A stretch of 27,634 nucleotides of DNA from Candidatus Heimdallarchaeota archaeon (GCA_019057375.1 DXJF01000062.1:1-27634); one strand, 5' to 3'. Positions 17,691-26,659 are shown, numbered from the stretch's first letter. Numbers and translations: made by a program. Notes: generated from the letters alone by a model not told the origin.

Positions 17691-17919
17691 TGTTTTTTAC
17701 TCCAAAACATTACGAGTTGAAACTCTAAGATTTCATTATAAATATTTTGATTAAAGAAAAAAATTGGAGTAAGAGATATGAAAACCTATTCCTTGAATAT
17801 TTCTTAAAAGCACTAACCCTAATCTCCAAAGAAAAGCTCTTTAGTTAAAAATCGTTACCTTTAAGTAGCAAGTATCTTGCATCTGTCTTAAGTTAGTATT
17901 ATTAAATGAGGCGAAGCTA

Positions 17920-18426
17920 ATGAGTAGAGAACTAGTGACTGTTGATTTACTAGTAGATGGAGGACAAGCATCTCCTGGTGGAGCTATGGGACCTGCTTTA
18001 GGACCACTCGGTGTTAATATGGGTAATGTTGTCAGTGAGATAAACAAACAAACCGCAGCTTACATGGGGATGAAAGTTCCTGTAAAAGTTACAGTTGATA
18101 AAAAAACCCGTGAGTTTGAATTGGAAATTGGTATTCCACCGGCATCAGCATTAGTGCTAAAAGCTGCAAACTTAACAAAAGCATCTGGAAATCCTAATAC
18201 GGAGATAGTTGGCAATATAACTTTTCCACAACTTATAGATGTAGCTAAAGCTAAATGGGCAGATTTAACTGCTGGATCAGTAACCACTGCATGTAAAGAA
18301 ATCTTAGGTACAATGGTGTGTATGGGCGTAACTTGTGAAGACAAAGATCCCAGAGATGTGCAAAAGGAAATTGATGCTGGCAAGTATGCCGAGCTTCTAG
18401 CTGCAGCAGAGGAATTGACCTTTTAG
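17920..18426 (+). CDS. rpl11: 50S ribosomal protein L11 (uL11)
   Basis: GGQASPG, GPALGPLG, IPPAS and GTMVCMGV motifs. Confidence 0.97.
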   Translation: MSRELVTVDLLVDGGQASPGGAMGPALGPLGVNMGNVVSEINKQTAAYMGMKVPVKVTVDKKTREFELEIGIPPASALVLKAANLTKASGNPNTEIVGNITFPQLIDVAKAKWADLTAGSVTTACKEILGTMVCMGVTCEDKDPRDVQKEIDAGKYAELLAAAEELTF

Positions 18427-18485
18427 CTGTTACTCAACAGAACAAATAAAAATATACGACAAAAAAGATAAATGAGGCACAATTT

Positions 18486-18686
18486 ATGAGTAAAATGATT
18501 TATAAGATACGAGGCTTTTTCATAAACAGCAGAAAAGTACTTCGGCATGCAAAAAAGCCTAGTAGAAGAGAACTATCCATTACAGTAAAAATGAGTGCAA
18601 TTGGTATAATCCTTATTGGAGTGATTGGATATGTTCTTAGTTTGCTATTCAACGCAATTATAAATGCAATTAATCCACCAACTTAA
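18486..18686 (+). CDS. secE: Protein translocase subunit SecE/Sec61-gamma
   Basis: AKKPSRRE motif followed by a single TM with GVIGY; directly upstream of spt5. Confidence 0.93.
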   Translation: MSKMIYKIRGFFINSRKVLRHAKKPSRRELSITVKMSAIGIILIGVIGYVLSLLFNAIINAINPPT

Positions 18687-18727
18687 GTTTACCTCACATA
18701 ATAAAAAATAACAAACGAAGTGACATC

Positions 18728-19216
18728 ATGGCTATTTATGCTCTTAGAACAACAATAGGACAAGAACATTCATTGAGTGAATATTTAGCGCGTAGAGCAG
18801 AAAACAGACCCAATCTTAAAATATATTCTGTTTTAGTGCCAGGTGGATTAAAAGGATACATTTTTGTTGAAGCAGAATCCATCGATGATGTCGAAATCCT
18901 TGTAGAAGGTGTAAGACATGTTCGAAAACGACCTAGAGCTTCTCGAGCTGAAGAAATCCCTATTGATGAGCTAGATCATTTCTTAATGCCAAGACCAGTC
19001 ATTGAGGGTGTAGATATTAACGACATTGTAGAAGTAATAAATGGGCCATTCAAAGGTTCCAAAGCAAGAGTTACTGATATCCATGTTGGAAAAGAGGAAG
19101 TCACTGTAGAACTTCTTGCAATGGATTTACAAATTCCAGTAACACTTTCTGGAGAATCAATAAGAGTAAAAGAAAAAGCCGTTGAAAAAGAACCCGAAGA
19201 CGAATATCTCCTATAA
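18728..19216 (+). CDS. spt5: Transcription elongation factor Spt5
   Basis: NGN domain (GLKGYIFVEA) plus KOW domain (VEVINGPFKG). Confidence 0.96.
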   Translation: MAIYALRTTIGQEHSLSEYLARRAENRPNLKIYSVLVPGGLKGYIFVEAESIDDVEILVEGVRHVRKRPRASRAEEIPIDELDHFLMPRPVIEGVDINDIVEVINGPFKGSKARVTDIHVGKEEVTVELLAMDLQIPVTLSGESIRVKEKAVEKEPEDEYLL

Positions 19217-19217
19217 T

Positions 19218-20261
19218 CTAAAGAAATTCTTCCAACGTTAATCTATTTTTAGACATTTTTATGGGTCTAGCAAATAATTTGAGTTTTTGTCTAACAATAG
19301 CTGCAAAATCTGAATCAAAACCATAAAGAGTATATACTTTCTGGGGATTTACAGCCTTAACGTGCTCAAGCAATTCATTGCAGTTAGCATGCATTGAAAA
19401 AGGAAAAGCTTGTTCAAAACTGGAATATGCAAACCGTGAAGCTTGTCCAGTAACTATTCCTCTGGAGATTTTATGAGATTTCAGAAATTCAGGAATTTCC
19501 TTAGCTGCTCTTGGAAGTAGAACTACACTTCTTTCAGCTTTCAACTCACTATCATTTAATAAATCAAAACGATTCCACTGAAGATTATGACCTTCATTCT
19601 GATATATTTTATTTATTTCACTAGTTCTATTATCACAGTAAATGTCTACAGATAACATCTCATTTAGATAAGCTATAATTTCTTGTGCAGGTCCTAAATG
19701 ACCCATGTTGATCACAGGAACTTTATTCTTTTGAAGATTTTCCGCTACCCATTTTAGAATTGAGGTTTTTATTCTTTCACGAGAATCAAAAAATAAGTCT
19801 CCCTTTCCATATGTAGCCTCAGTAATCAAAATGTCTACTTCGTCTTCTGGTACAGCGGCTTTTGGTACAGTTAGCATCTTATCGGTACTTATGTCACCGG
19901 TGTAACAGATGGTTAAATCATCAAAATAGAATACAATCTGTGCAGCACCAAGCAAATGTCCAGCAGGAATGAATTTAACTTCCACATCGTTGATGTTAAT
20001 TGTTTTATTTAATTCAATGAATTTTGTATTTCTTGTTTTTCTTGCTGTTAAGCTTTCGAAAAGTTGACTAGCAATTTCTGTAGAATAAACTCTTATTCCT
20101 TCGTTTGGAAACGCTAGAGAATGATCAGTATGTGCATGTGTTATAAGAGTTGCATCACAATTTTCAGCAGCTTTGACAGTTGTTGGATCAGCTATTAAAG
20201 TTAGATTCTCGGGCTTTTTTAAGAATTTAATCCCTTTCTCATATTTGAAAAGTGTAGGCAT
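19218..20261 (-). CDS. Short beta-CASP-family metallo-beta-lactamase nuclease
   Basis: THAHTDH, AGHLLGA, YTGD, EATYG and SMHAN motifs. Confidence 0.88.
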   Translation of the reverse strand: MPTLFKYEKGIKFLKKPENLTLIADPTTVKAAENCDATLITHAHTDHSLAFPNEGIRVYSTEIASQLFESLTARKTRNTKFIELNKTININDVEVKFIPAGHLLGAAQIVFYFDDLTICYTGDISTDKMLTVPKAAVPEDEVDILITEATYGKGDLFFDSRERIKTSILKWVAENLQKNKVPVINMGHLGPAQEIIAYLNEMLSVDIYCDNRTSEINKIYQNEGHNLQWNRFDLLNDSELKAERSVVLLPRAAKEIPEFLKSHKISRGIVTGQASRFAYSSFEQAFPFSMHANCNELLEHVKAVNPQKVYTLYGFDSDFAAIVRQKLKLFARPIKMSKNRLTLEEFL

Positions 20262-20310
20262 AACTGACCCCCTATATTCTGATTTTCTGATTTAACTCAC
20301 TAGATAGATG

Positions 20311-20324
20311 ATTTAAGTTTTTTT
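20311..20324 (-). promoter_or_regulatory. BRE-TATA promoter of the beta-CASP gene
   Basis: AAAAAAACTTAAAT on the minus strand, 50 nt upstream of the ATG. Confidence 0.55.
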
Positions 20325-20349
20325 AATACCATTTTGAGTACATTCACAT

Positions 20350-22719
20350 TTACTCTAGTTCACTTACCACTGCATCTGTAAAGTTTCTAAACTTAAGACC
20401 TAGCATCATTGAACCTTCAAACTTAATTTCTTTAGCCATGTATGCGGAAGCTGCGTTTACAGTCCCCATGAATATTCCACTGGCAATAGATGAATCAATC
20501 CAAATTCTCACACTTGGTTGCTCGAGTTTACCTTCACCTGTAGTGAAATTTCCGTTGTTAACTTTGATGTAGTAATATTTCTCGTCACTAATTGAGATTT
20601 GGAACTCTAGTTTTGCTTTCTTATTCTTCTTCTGTATCTTTTCATTCTCATTACAGACTTGAGCTAGCAAATCTAGATAGTCAAGTATATCGTCATTAGT
20701 GAATGTACGTCGCTTAATCTTTATTCTCATTAAAGTTTTTAAATCCCCATCTTTTAGTTCGAGTTCATCAGCAAACAACAAATCGGCTTCAGGAGTTTCA
20801 ATGATGTTTGCTAATTCATATCCTTCTTGCACAGAATCGAGAATTTTGCGAGGTTGAATCTCTTTACAATCGCCTATTTTGAAGATTTTATCGGTTTGTC
20901 CTTCGGCAAGACTTTCCGCTTCATTTGAGGCTTGTGCAATTGTAATAACAATATCATCGTAATCAATTGTAGAATTCTGACCACTTTGTTCTATAGTGAG
21001 TTTGTTTTCTTTTATTTCTTTAACTTCAGTTTCCAGCAATATGTCAATTTTTTCATCTTCTTCTATTGCTGTAACCACCTCTCTTGCAACAAGAGAGTAA
21101 AGATCACTACCCAATCTCTTTTGTTTGCTGATTAAAGTTACTTCTTTATTTGCACAAGAAAGGAATTCTGCTACTTCTATACCAATCATATCTCCACCTA
21201 ACACAACCACTCGTTGTCCTTTCGGAATTCTTCCACCTAAAACTTCAGAATAGAGATGATATTTGCTTTCCTCAATCCCCTTTATGTCTGGAATTTTAGG
21301 AGCAATACCTGTTGCTAGCACGAGCATATCTGTTTTATATTCAGCAAGAATCTCTTCTGAAAATGGTGTTTTTAGTTTAACTTCAATACCCAAATTATCA
21401 AAAGTGAAATTATAATAATCAATAAGATTCTGAACTTCTTTCTTCATTGGAGCCATTCTTGCAAAATTCAATGAACCTCCTATGAATGCACTTTTTTCAA
21501 TAACACATACATCATGATTGCGCATTTTTGCTATTCTAGAAAACTCCATGCCTGCAGGACCCGCTCCTACAACCAAAATTTTCTTTGATTCTCTCGTAAT
21601 TTCTATATCTTCATCAGAACCAATTAAGTTTGGATTAATTGCGCATTGCACTTGTTGTTCTGTCATTATTTGATTTAAACAAGCATTACATCCTATGCAG
21701 GTGCGTATAGTTTCTTGTTTTCCAGCTTTAATCTTATTTGGAAACTCAGGATCTGCAATTAATGCTCTTCCTATAGATACTAAATCAGCTTTATCCTGTT
21801 GTAAGATCTCTTCTGCAATTTCTGCTGTATTAATTCTTCCTACTACAGCAATTGGTGTCTTCTTCAGAGCTTGTTTAACTTGCTGAGCATTATAACTGAA
21901 ACACCCCTTTGGATAGTTCATATATGGCACAACAGGGAATCCAGGACTATCAAAAACCCCTCCAGTTATGTTTATCAGATCAATTCCTTCATCTTCTAGA
22001 ATTTGAGCAATTTGAATAACATCTTCTACTTCCAACCCTTCTGGAATATAATCGCTTCCATTTAATCTAAAACCAATTATGAAATCATTACCACATTTCT
22101 TTCTTACTTCTCTTATGACTTCAACAGCAGCTCTAGTTCTGTTTTCAAAAGATTGTCCCCCATATTCATCATCACGTTTGTTTGTTCTCAAAGAAAAGAA
22201 TTGATTGAGTAAATAACCATGTCCCGCATGAATCTCTACACCATCAAAACCAGCTTTTTTTGCTCTTAAACAAGCTTCCCCATATCCCTTGACGATTTTA
22301 GAAATTTGTTTCTGAGTTAATGGTTCAGGTGTTTCACCAGCCATTTCAAAAGGAATAGCTGAAGGTGCTACTGCTTGAAGACCTATCATATACGAGGAAG
22401 CTTGAGCACCAGCATGATATATTTGTATTAAAGCATGAGCACTGTGTTTCTTAATTGCATTGACCAATTCCTTGAACCTTTTAATTCGTTTATTACTTTC
22501 AATACTAAGCATAGTAGCTGTTCCAGCACCTTTTTTATCAAAAAAAGCACCTTCAACAATAATTAAACCAACTCCTCCTTTTGCTCTCAATTCATAATAG
22601 TCAATCAATTTATCAGGAATATTACCTTCTTCATCACCAAAATTGGTATCCATTCCAGGCATTATTATCCGATTTCTAAGTGTTGTTTTGTTTATCTTAA
22701 AAGGTTCAAACAATTTCAT
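20350..22719 (-). CDS. OYE-like NADH:flavin oxidoreductase (FadH/BaiCD-like) with a C-terminal SCP2 lipid-binding domain
   Basis: FMN barrel with HAGHGYL; 4Fe-4S motif CIGCNAC-x11-C; FAD motif GAGPAG; second Rossmann motif. Last ~115 aa show the SCP2 pattern (YIKVNNG...GEG...PSVRIWID...G...AY...IKFEGSM). Confidence 0.9.
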   Translation of the reverse strand: MKLFEPFKINKTTLRNRIIMPGMDTNFGDEEGNIPDKLIDYYELRAKGGVGLIIVEGAFFDKKGAGTATMLSIESNKRIKRFKELVNAIKKHSAHALIQIYHAGAQASSYMIGLQAVAPSAIPFEMAGETPEPLTQKQISKIVKGYGEACLRAKKAGFDGVEIHAGHGYLLNQFFSLRTNKRDDEYGGQSFENRTRAAVEVIREVRKKCGNDFIIGFRLNGSDYIPEGLEVEDVIQIAQILEDEGIDLINITGGVFDSPGFPVVPYMNYPKGCFSYNAQQVKQALKKTPIAVVGRINTAEIAEEILQQDKADLVSIGRALIADPEFPNKIKAGKQETIRTCIGCNACLNQIMTEQQVQCAINPNLIGSDEDIEITRESKKILVVGAGPAGMEFSRIAKMRNHDVCVIEKSAFIGGSLNFARMAPMKKEVQNLIDYYNFTFDNLGIEVKLKTPFSEEILAEYKTDMLVLATGIAPKIPDIKGIEESKYHLYSEVLGGRIPKGQRVVVLGGDMIGIEVAEFLSCANKEVTLISKQKRLGSDLYSLVAREVVTAIEEDEKIDILLETEVKEIKENKLTIEQSGQNSTIDYDDIVITIAQASNEAESLAEGQTDKIFKIGDCKEIQPRKILDSVQEGYELANIIETPEADLLFADELELKDGDLKTLMRIKIKRRTFTNDDILDYLDLLAQVCNENEKIQKKNKKAKLEFQISISDEKYYYIKVNNGNFTTGEGKLEQPSVRIWIDSSIASGIFMGTVNAASAYMAKEIKFEGSMMLGLKFRNFTDAVVSELE

Positions 22720-22789
22720 CTGATATTTCTCCTAGTACAAGAAGAAGTAAATAGTAAGTAGAATAAAAATATTTGTTGCATATCTACTC

Positions 22790-22802
22790 AATAAACTTAA
22801 AG
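22790..22802 (+). promoter_or_regulatory. BRE-TATA promoter of the PLP enzyme gene
   Basis: AATAAACTTAAAG ending 32 nt upstream of ATG 22834. Confidence 0.55.
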
Positions 22803-22833
22803 TATCTACTTAGTCTAGAAAACAAGATACTAA

Positions 22834-23928
22834 ATGTCTGAAGAAATACCTCTTTTCAGAAAATATCCGAAATTAAGAAACATTCCTTGGGTTTCTGTTA
22901 TTAATTCACCCACTCCAATTCACAAAATGGAAGAAACAAGTAAAGAACTTAATCACAAAGAAATTTGGGTTAAGAGAGACGATTTATCACACGAGATTTA
23001 TGGTGGAAACAAACCAAGGAAGTATGAATTTGTTTTTGCTGATATATTGAAGAAAAATAAGAAAAGGATTCTTACACAAGGGGCAATAGGGACAAACCAT
23101 GGTTTAGCAACAACAGTGCATGCTAAGAAATATGGTTTGAAAACTCATCTCTTTTTAGTAGAACAGAAACTATCTCAACATGTGAGGGAAAATCTTCTTT
23201 GTCATCATTATTTTGGTGCAAGGTTAAAATTGATGAAAAGCAACTTTCGAAGAAAACTAGCAATAAAAGCAAGATTGCTCTTTGATAAAAAGGCGTATTT
23301 TGTTACAACTGGCGCAAGTTCTCCATTGGGGACATTAGGGTTTGTTAATGCAGCTTTTGAAATTAAAGAACAAATAGATGATGGAATAATTCCTGAACCG
23401 GATAAAATATTTGTAACGGTTGGTTCACTTGCTACTTGTGCTGGATTAGTTCTAGGTTTGGAACTGGTGGAAGCAAAAACAAAGGTAATAGGTATAGGTG
23501 TAACTGATCCTACTTGGAGTTCCAAGAAAAATACACTAGACTTAGCTGCAAAAGCATTAGCATTAATGAGAACAAAAGATTCCTCTATTCCCAATGTGTC
23601 AAATGAGCTTGAAAAGAGATTAATTGTTGATCATTCTTATTTTGGGGGGAAATATGGTGTTCCTACCAAAGAAGCATTTGAAGCAATTGAAATAGCACAC
23701 AAGGATGAGCTTAAACTGGAATATGTGTATACTGGTAAAACGCTTAGTGGTCTCTTAGATTATATTAGGCAAGAAAAGATCTCAAAAGATGAAATAATTG
23801 TATTTTGGAATTCAAAAAGTTTTGCTGATTTAGCACCTTATGTAAAGAAAACAAAATACAAAGACTTACCAAAAGGATTTCACAAGTTCTTTGATGGAAC
23901 AATAAAAATGAAGGAAGAAGATCATTGA
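22834..23928 (+). CDS. D-cysteine desulfhydrase / ACC deaminase family PLP enzyme
   Basis: KRDD, PLP-lysine motif GGNKPRK, GTNH, VYTGK. Thr rather than Glu in this last motif favours the desulfhydrase type. Confidence 0.9.
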   Translation: MSEEIPLFRKYPKLRNIPWVSVINSPTPIHKMEETSKELNHKEIWVKRDDLSHEIYGGNKPRKYEFVFADILKKNKKRILTQGAIGTNHGLATTVHAKKYGLKTHLFLVEQKLSQHVRENLLCHHYFGARLKLMKSNFRRKLAIKARLLFDKKAYFVTTGASSPLGTLGFVNAAFEIKEQIDDGIIPEPDKIFVTVGSLATCAGLVLGLELVEAKTKVIGIGVTDPTWSSKKNTLDLAAKALALMRTKDSSIPNVSNELEKRLIVDHSYFGGKYGVPTKEAFEAIEIAHKDELKLEYVYTGKTLSGLLDYIRQEKISKDEIIVFWNSKSFADLAPYVKKTKYKDLPKGFHKFFDGTIKMKEEDH

Positions 23929-23947
23929 TTTAGCTATTTTAAAGATT

Positions 23948-24565
23948 TCAAGATTTTTCTTTAATTTTTTCATATTCGGATTTTAACATTCCATAATAAA
24001 ACAGCCCAAAACGTTTGTCTTCTTCAATACTACATTCTCTCAAGTGACCTTCCTTAGCAAAATTCAGCCTTTCTGCAAGTTTGATACTTTCTACATTTGT
24101 GTCTCTTGTAATGATTATAATTTTGTATGTATTCAATTCATTAAATGCATAATTTATACTCTGCTTTACAGCTTCTGTTGCGTAACCTTTCTTTGTGTAA
24201 CCTTGGTCGAGATAATATCCAATCTCAAATGATGGTACTTCCCATTTTTTGGGTTCAATCCAAATATTTCCAATAAACTCATTTGTTTCCTTTAACCATA
24301 TCCCCATAACAAATCGGCTTCGAGTAGTAAAATCTGCAGATAATGAACGAATGCGAATTTCAGCGTCTTCTATGGTATAAACATTGTTTGCTTCATCTAC
24401 ATGATCCTTTAGAAACTCTCGGTTATTATTTCGTTCTAGTAAATTGTATAACCCTTTTCCGTCCCCTTTCTCATATTTCCTAATAACTAATCTTTCTGTT
24501 TCAATTCGAGTAGGTAGATCAAGTAGTAGTTTTTGCACTTCTTTCTTCATATTAATCGCATTCAT
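23948..24565 (-). CDS. GNAT N-acetyltransferase, RimJ/RimL family
   Basis: IETERLVIR, EIGYYL, KKGYATEAV, N-x2-S-x2-LAERLNF-x2-EG motifs. Confidence 0.92.
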   Translation of the reverse strand: MNAINMKKEVQKLLLDLPTRIETERLVIRKYEKGDGKGLYNLLERNNNREFLKDHVDEANNVYTIEDAEIRIRSLSADFTTRSRFVMGIWLKETNEFIGNIWIEPKKWEVPSFEIGYYLDQGYTKKGYATEAVKQSINYAFNELNTYKIIIITRDTNVESIKLAERLNFAKEGHLRECSIEEDKRFGLFYYGMLKSEYEKIKEKS

Positions 24566-24766
24566 TATATATTTTTAACCTACCTTATTAGAACATTATC
24601 TCTTCTTTCTAATAACAATAGTTACAATAAGGGAGACAATGCAAGAAGGTGGATGGTTGGTAGTAAACTTAGAACCAGAAGTTAATGTCTAAATTATTAG
24701 AGTGATTTAACAAATCTATTACATGAATTATAGAAACACATAATAAATATAAAACAAGAGTTATTT

Positions 24767-25264
24767 ATGGAATCTCTAGGTGGATTAGAATTTATCAACC
24801 ATTCAAAATCTGAAGAAACTCTATCTTCAGAGAAAAGAGGTTCTGTTAATGCATTTAAAGTAATATCTCTGATTTTTAGTGGACTAATTGGTTTATCTAC
24901 ATTTGGAATATTAGGGGGGGTGTTTTGGTCGTTATATGATTTAGACTATTTTGCTCTATTAGCTCAAATGGAAGTGATAGGTTATATCTGTACGGGTTTT
25001 GCAATCATTAATATTGTAATGAGTTTAGTTTTTAAGAAAAATGAGTTTGTGTTTATTATCTGCTCATTTTTAACATCTATATTTGGTTCTTTCCAATTTA
25101 TTGTATTCGCAATCTCTCCCTTTGGAGTAGTTGATAAAATAAATAATGGTTTACTCACACATTTCCAATATATTATTTCCTTTGTGCTGAGTTTGGTAAT
25201 ATTGATATTTACATATCTATACATCTTTAGCTCAAGAAAAAAGGAATTGAGAGAAAAAGAATAG
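24767..25264 (+). CDS. Four-TM membrane protein, paralogue 1
   Basis: Four hydrophobic segments; about 53% identical by hand alignment to 25481-25957. Confidence 0.85.
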   Translation: MESLGGLEFINHSKSEETLSSEKRGSVNAFKVISLIFSGLIGLSTFGILGGVFWSLYDLDYFALLAQMEVIGYICTGFAIINIVMSLVFKKNEFVFIICSFLTSIFGSFQFIVFAISPFGVVDKINNGLLTHFQYIISFVLSLVILIFTYLYIFSSRKKELREKE

Positions 25265-25267
25265 ATG

Positions 25268-25380
25268 TGAATAGTTTGATCTCAAGAAGTTATTGATGTG
25301 AGTTTCTAGGAAGAGACTTTATTTTTGTTAAAGACTAGACTCTTTACAGTTACAGGAAAAGCTTGACCTGAGTAGAGTGG
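25268..25380 (-). pseudogene. Decayed coding fragment, copy 1 (PLYSGQAFPVTVKSLVFNKNKVSS*)
   Basis: Homologous to 27426-27529 with mostly synonymous third-position changes in one minus-strand frame; no start codon. Confidence 0.55.
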
Positions 25381-25480
25381 AGGGATTATATGAACTAGAA
25401 TTAGTATAGAAAAATGACTTTGACTTACTAACTTTGAAAAATATAGAAAAAGATAATAGAAACAAATCGAAGTACAATTA

Positions 25481-25957
25481 ATGGAATCTCATGGTGGAGT
25501 AGTACTAAATGACCATTCAAAGACTGAAGAGACTCTAAAATCTTCAGTAGAGAAGAATCCTGCAATTAAATATAAAATACTCACCCTTGTTTTCTGCGGA
25601 TTAACCGGGATGTCTGCGTTTGGACTATTTGGTGGATCACTTTGGATGTTATATGATTTAGAATATTTTGCCTTGATAGATCAAATGAACATGATAGGTT
25701 ATATCTACTCAGGTTTCGCTCTTGCATCTATAACATTAAATCTGATTTTCAAAAAGAATATGTATGTATTTGTTATCCTCTCGTTTTCAACAGCTACATT
25801 TGGTTCTTTTCAACTAATAATATTCGCAATCTCTCCTTTTAGAGAGGGTTTATTTGGACATTACCAATACGTTATTTCTTTTGTGCTAAGCTTAATATTA
25901 TTGGTTTTTACATACGTATACGTAGTTGAATCAAAAAATAGAAACTTAAAGAAGTAG
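25481..25957 (+). CDS. Four-TM membrane protein, paralogue 2
   Basis: Shares LYDL-YFAL, IGYI, FKKN, FGSFQ, FAISPF and ISFVLSL with paralogue 1. Confidence 0.85.
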   Translation: MESHGGVVLNDHSKTEETLKSSVEKNPAIKYKILTLVFCGLTGMSAFGLFGGSLWMLYDLEYFALIDQMNMIGYIYSGFALASITLNLIFKKNMYVFVILSFSTATFGSFQLIIFAISPFREGLFGHYQYVISFVLSLILLVFTYVYVVESKNRNLKK

Positions 25958-25959
25958 TT

Positions 25960-26529
25960 TCATATAGCTATGGACTTCCATGCAATGTTACATGCATTGA
26001 TTATTTCTTTTTCATCCATTGTTAGAACATTGCTAAAATGAAGTCTAAGTAGAGTTATTATAGGAATGAATCCAAATGATATTAAGAGAGGAATTGGAAG
26101 ATCTTGAATTATTCTATCTTTAATCCCTTTAGTGAGGATTTCTATTATATACTTGTTTAATTCAAATTCTTCAGTTTTGACCTCTTCCATCATTCTAGTT
26201 TGTTCGAATTGTTCTCGATATTGAACATATTCGGGATGGTTCAGATAGAAAGAGAATGAATTGGTCCAAATCGCATAGAATCGTTTTTGTATAGACATGT
26301 TTGCATCTGTGTTTGTGAGAACGGCTTTTCCTGCTTCATATCTTATATCATAATAAATTGTAGATAACAAATCTTCCTTATTTTCGAAGTAAATGTAGAT
26401 AGTAGCAGGAGAAACGTTAGCTTTTTTGGCAATTTTAGAAATGGAAATACCTGAAAACCCTAACTTGTTAGTTAGTTCGATTGATGATTTTACAACGGCA
26501 TTATACTTCTTCTGATCTCGTGTTCTCAT
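25960..26529 (-). CDS. TetR/AcrR-family transcriptional regulator
   Basis: N-terminal HTH GFSGISISKIAKKANVSPATIYIYFENKEDLL. Confidence 0.95.
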   Translation of the reverse strand: MRTRDQKKYNAVVKSSIELTNKLGFSGISISKIAKKANVSPATIYIYFENKEDLLSTIYYDIRYEAGKAVLTNTDANMSIQKRFYAIWTNSFSFYLNHPEYVQYREQFEQTRMMEEVKTEEFELNKYIIEILTKGIKDRIIQDLPIPLLISFGFIPIITLLRLHFSNVLTMDEKEIINACNIAWKSIAI

Positions 26530-26538
26530 GATAACTCA

Positions 26539-26560
26539 TAAGTAAACATTCATTCATTTA
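26539..26560. promoter_or_regulatory. Putative TetR operator 1, overlapping the tetR TATA box
   Basis: TAAGTAAACATTCATTCATTTA, 20/22 identical to 26638-26659; overlaps minus-strand TAAAAACTTAAAT (26568-26556). Confidence 0.7.
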
Positions 26561-26637
26561 AGTTTTTATGCTTACTAATATTCTAAACGTCTAATTTGAG
26601 ATAAGCTGAATATTAAAAACTATGATAGAAACATATA

Positions 26638-26659
26638 TAAGTGAACGTTCATTCATTTA
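26638..26659. promoter_or_regulatory. Putative TetR operator 2, abutting the TATA box of the MBL gene
   Basis: TAAGTGAACGTTCATTCATTTA with palindromic core TGAACGTTCA, immediately after CATATATAA. Confidence 0.7.

Noticed and set aside
17697-17807. 9-bp inverted repeat TTACTCCAA/TTGGAGTAA and a GGAG-led mini-ORF MKTYSLNIS (17778-17807) upstream of rpl11
   Set aside because: The left arm is just the Sm gene's SD, the 58-bp spacer is long, and a 9-codon ORF is unsupported without conservation data.
18427-18440. CTGTT-ACTC-AACAG hairpin after rpl11
   Set aside because: Only a 5-bp stem; expected by chance.
22834-23928. True ACC deaminase
   Set aside because: It has YTGK rather than the YEGK Glu characteristic of ACC deaminases.
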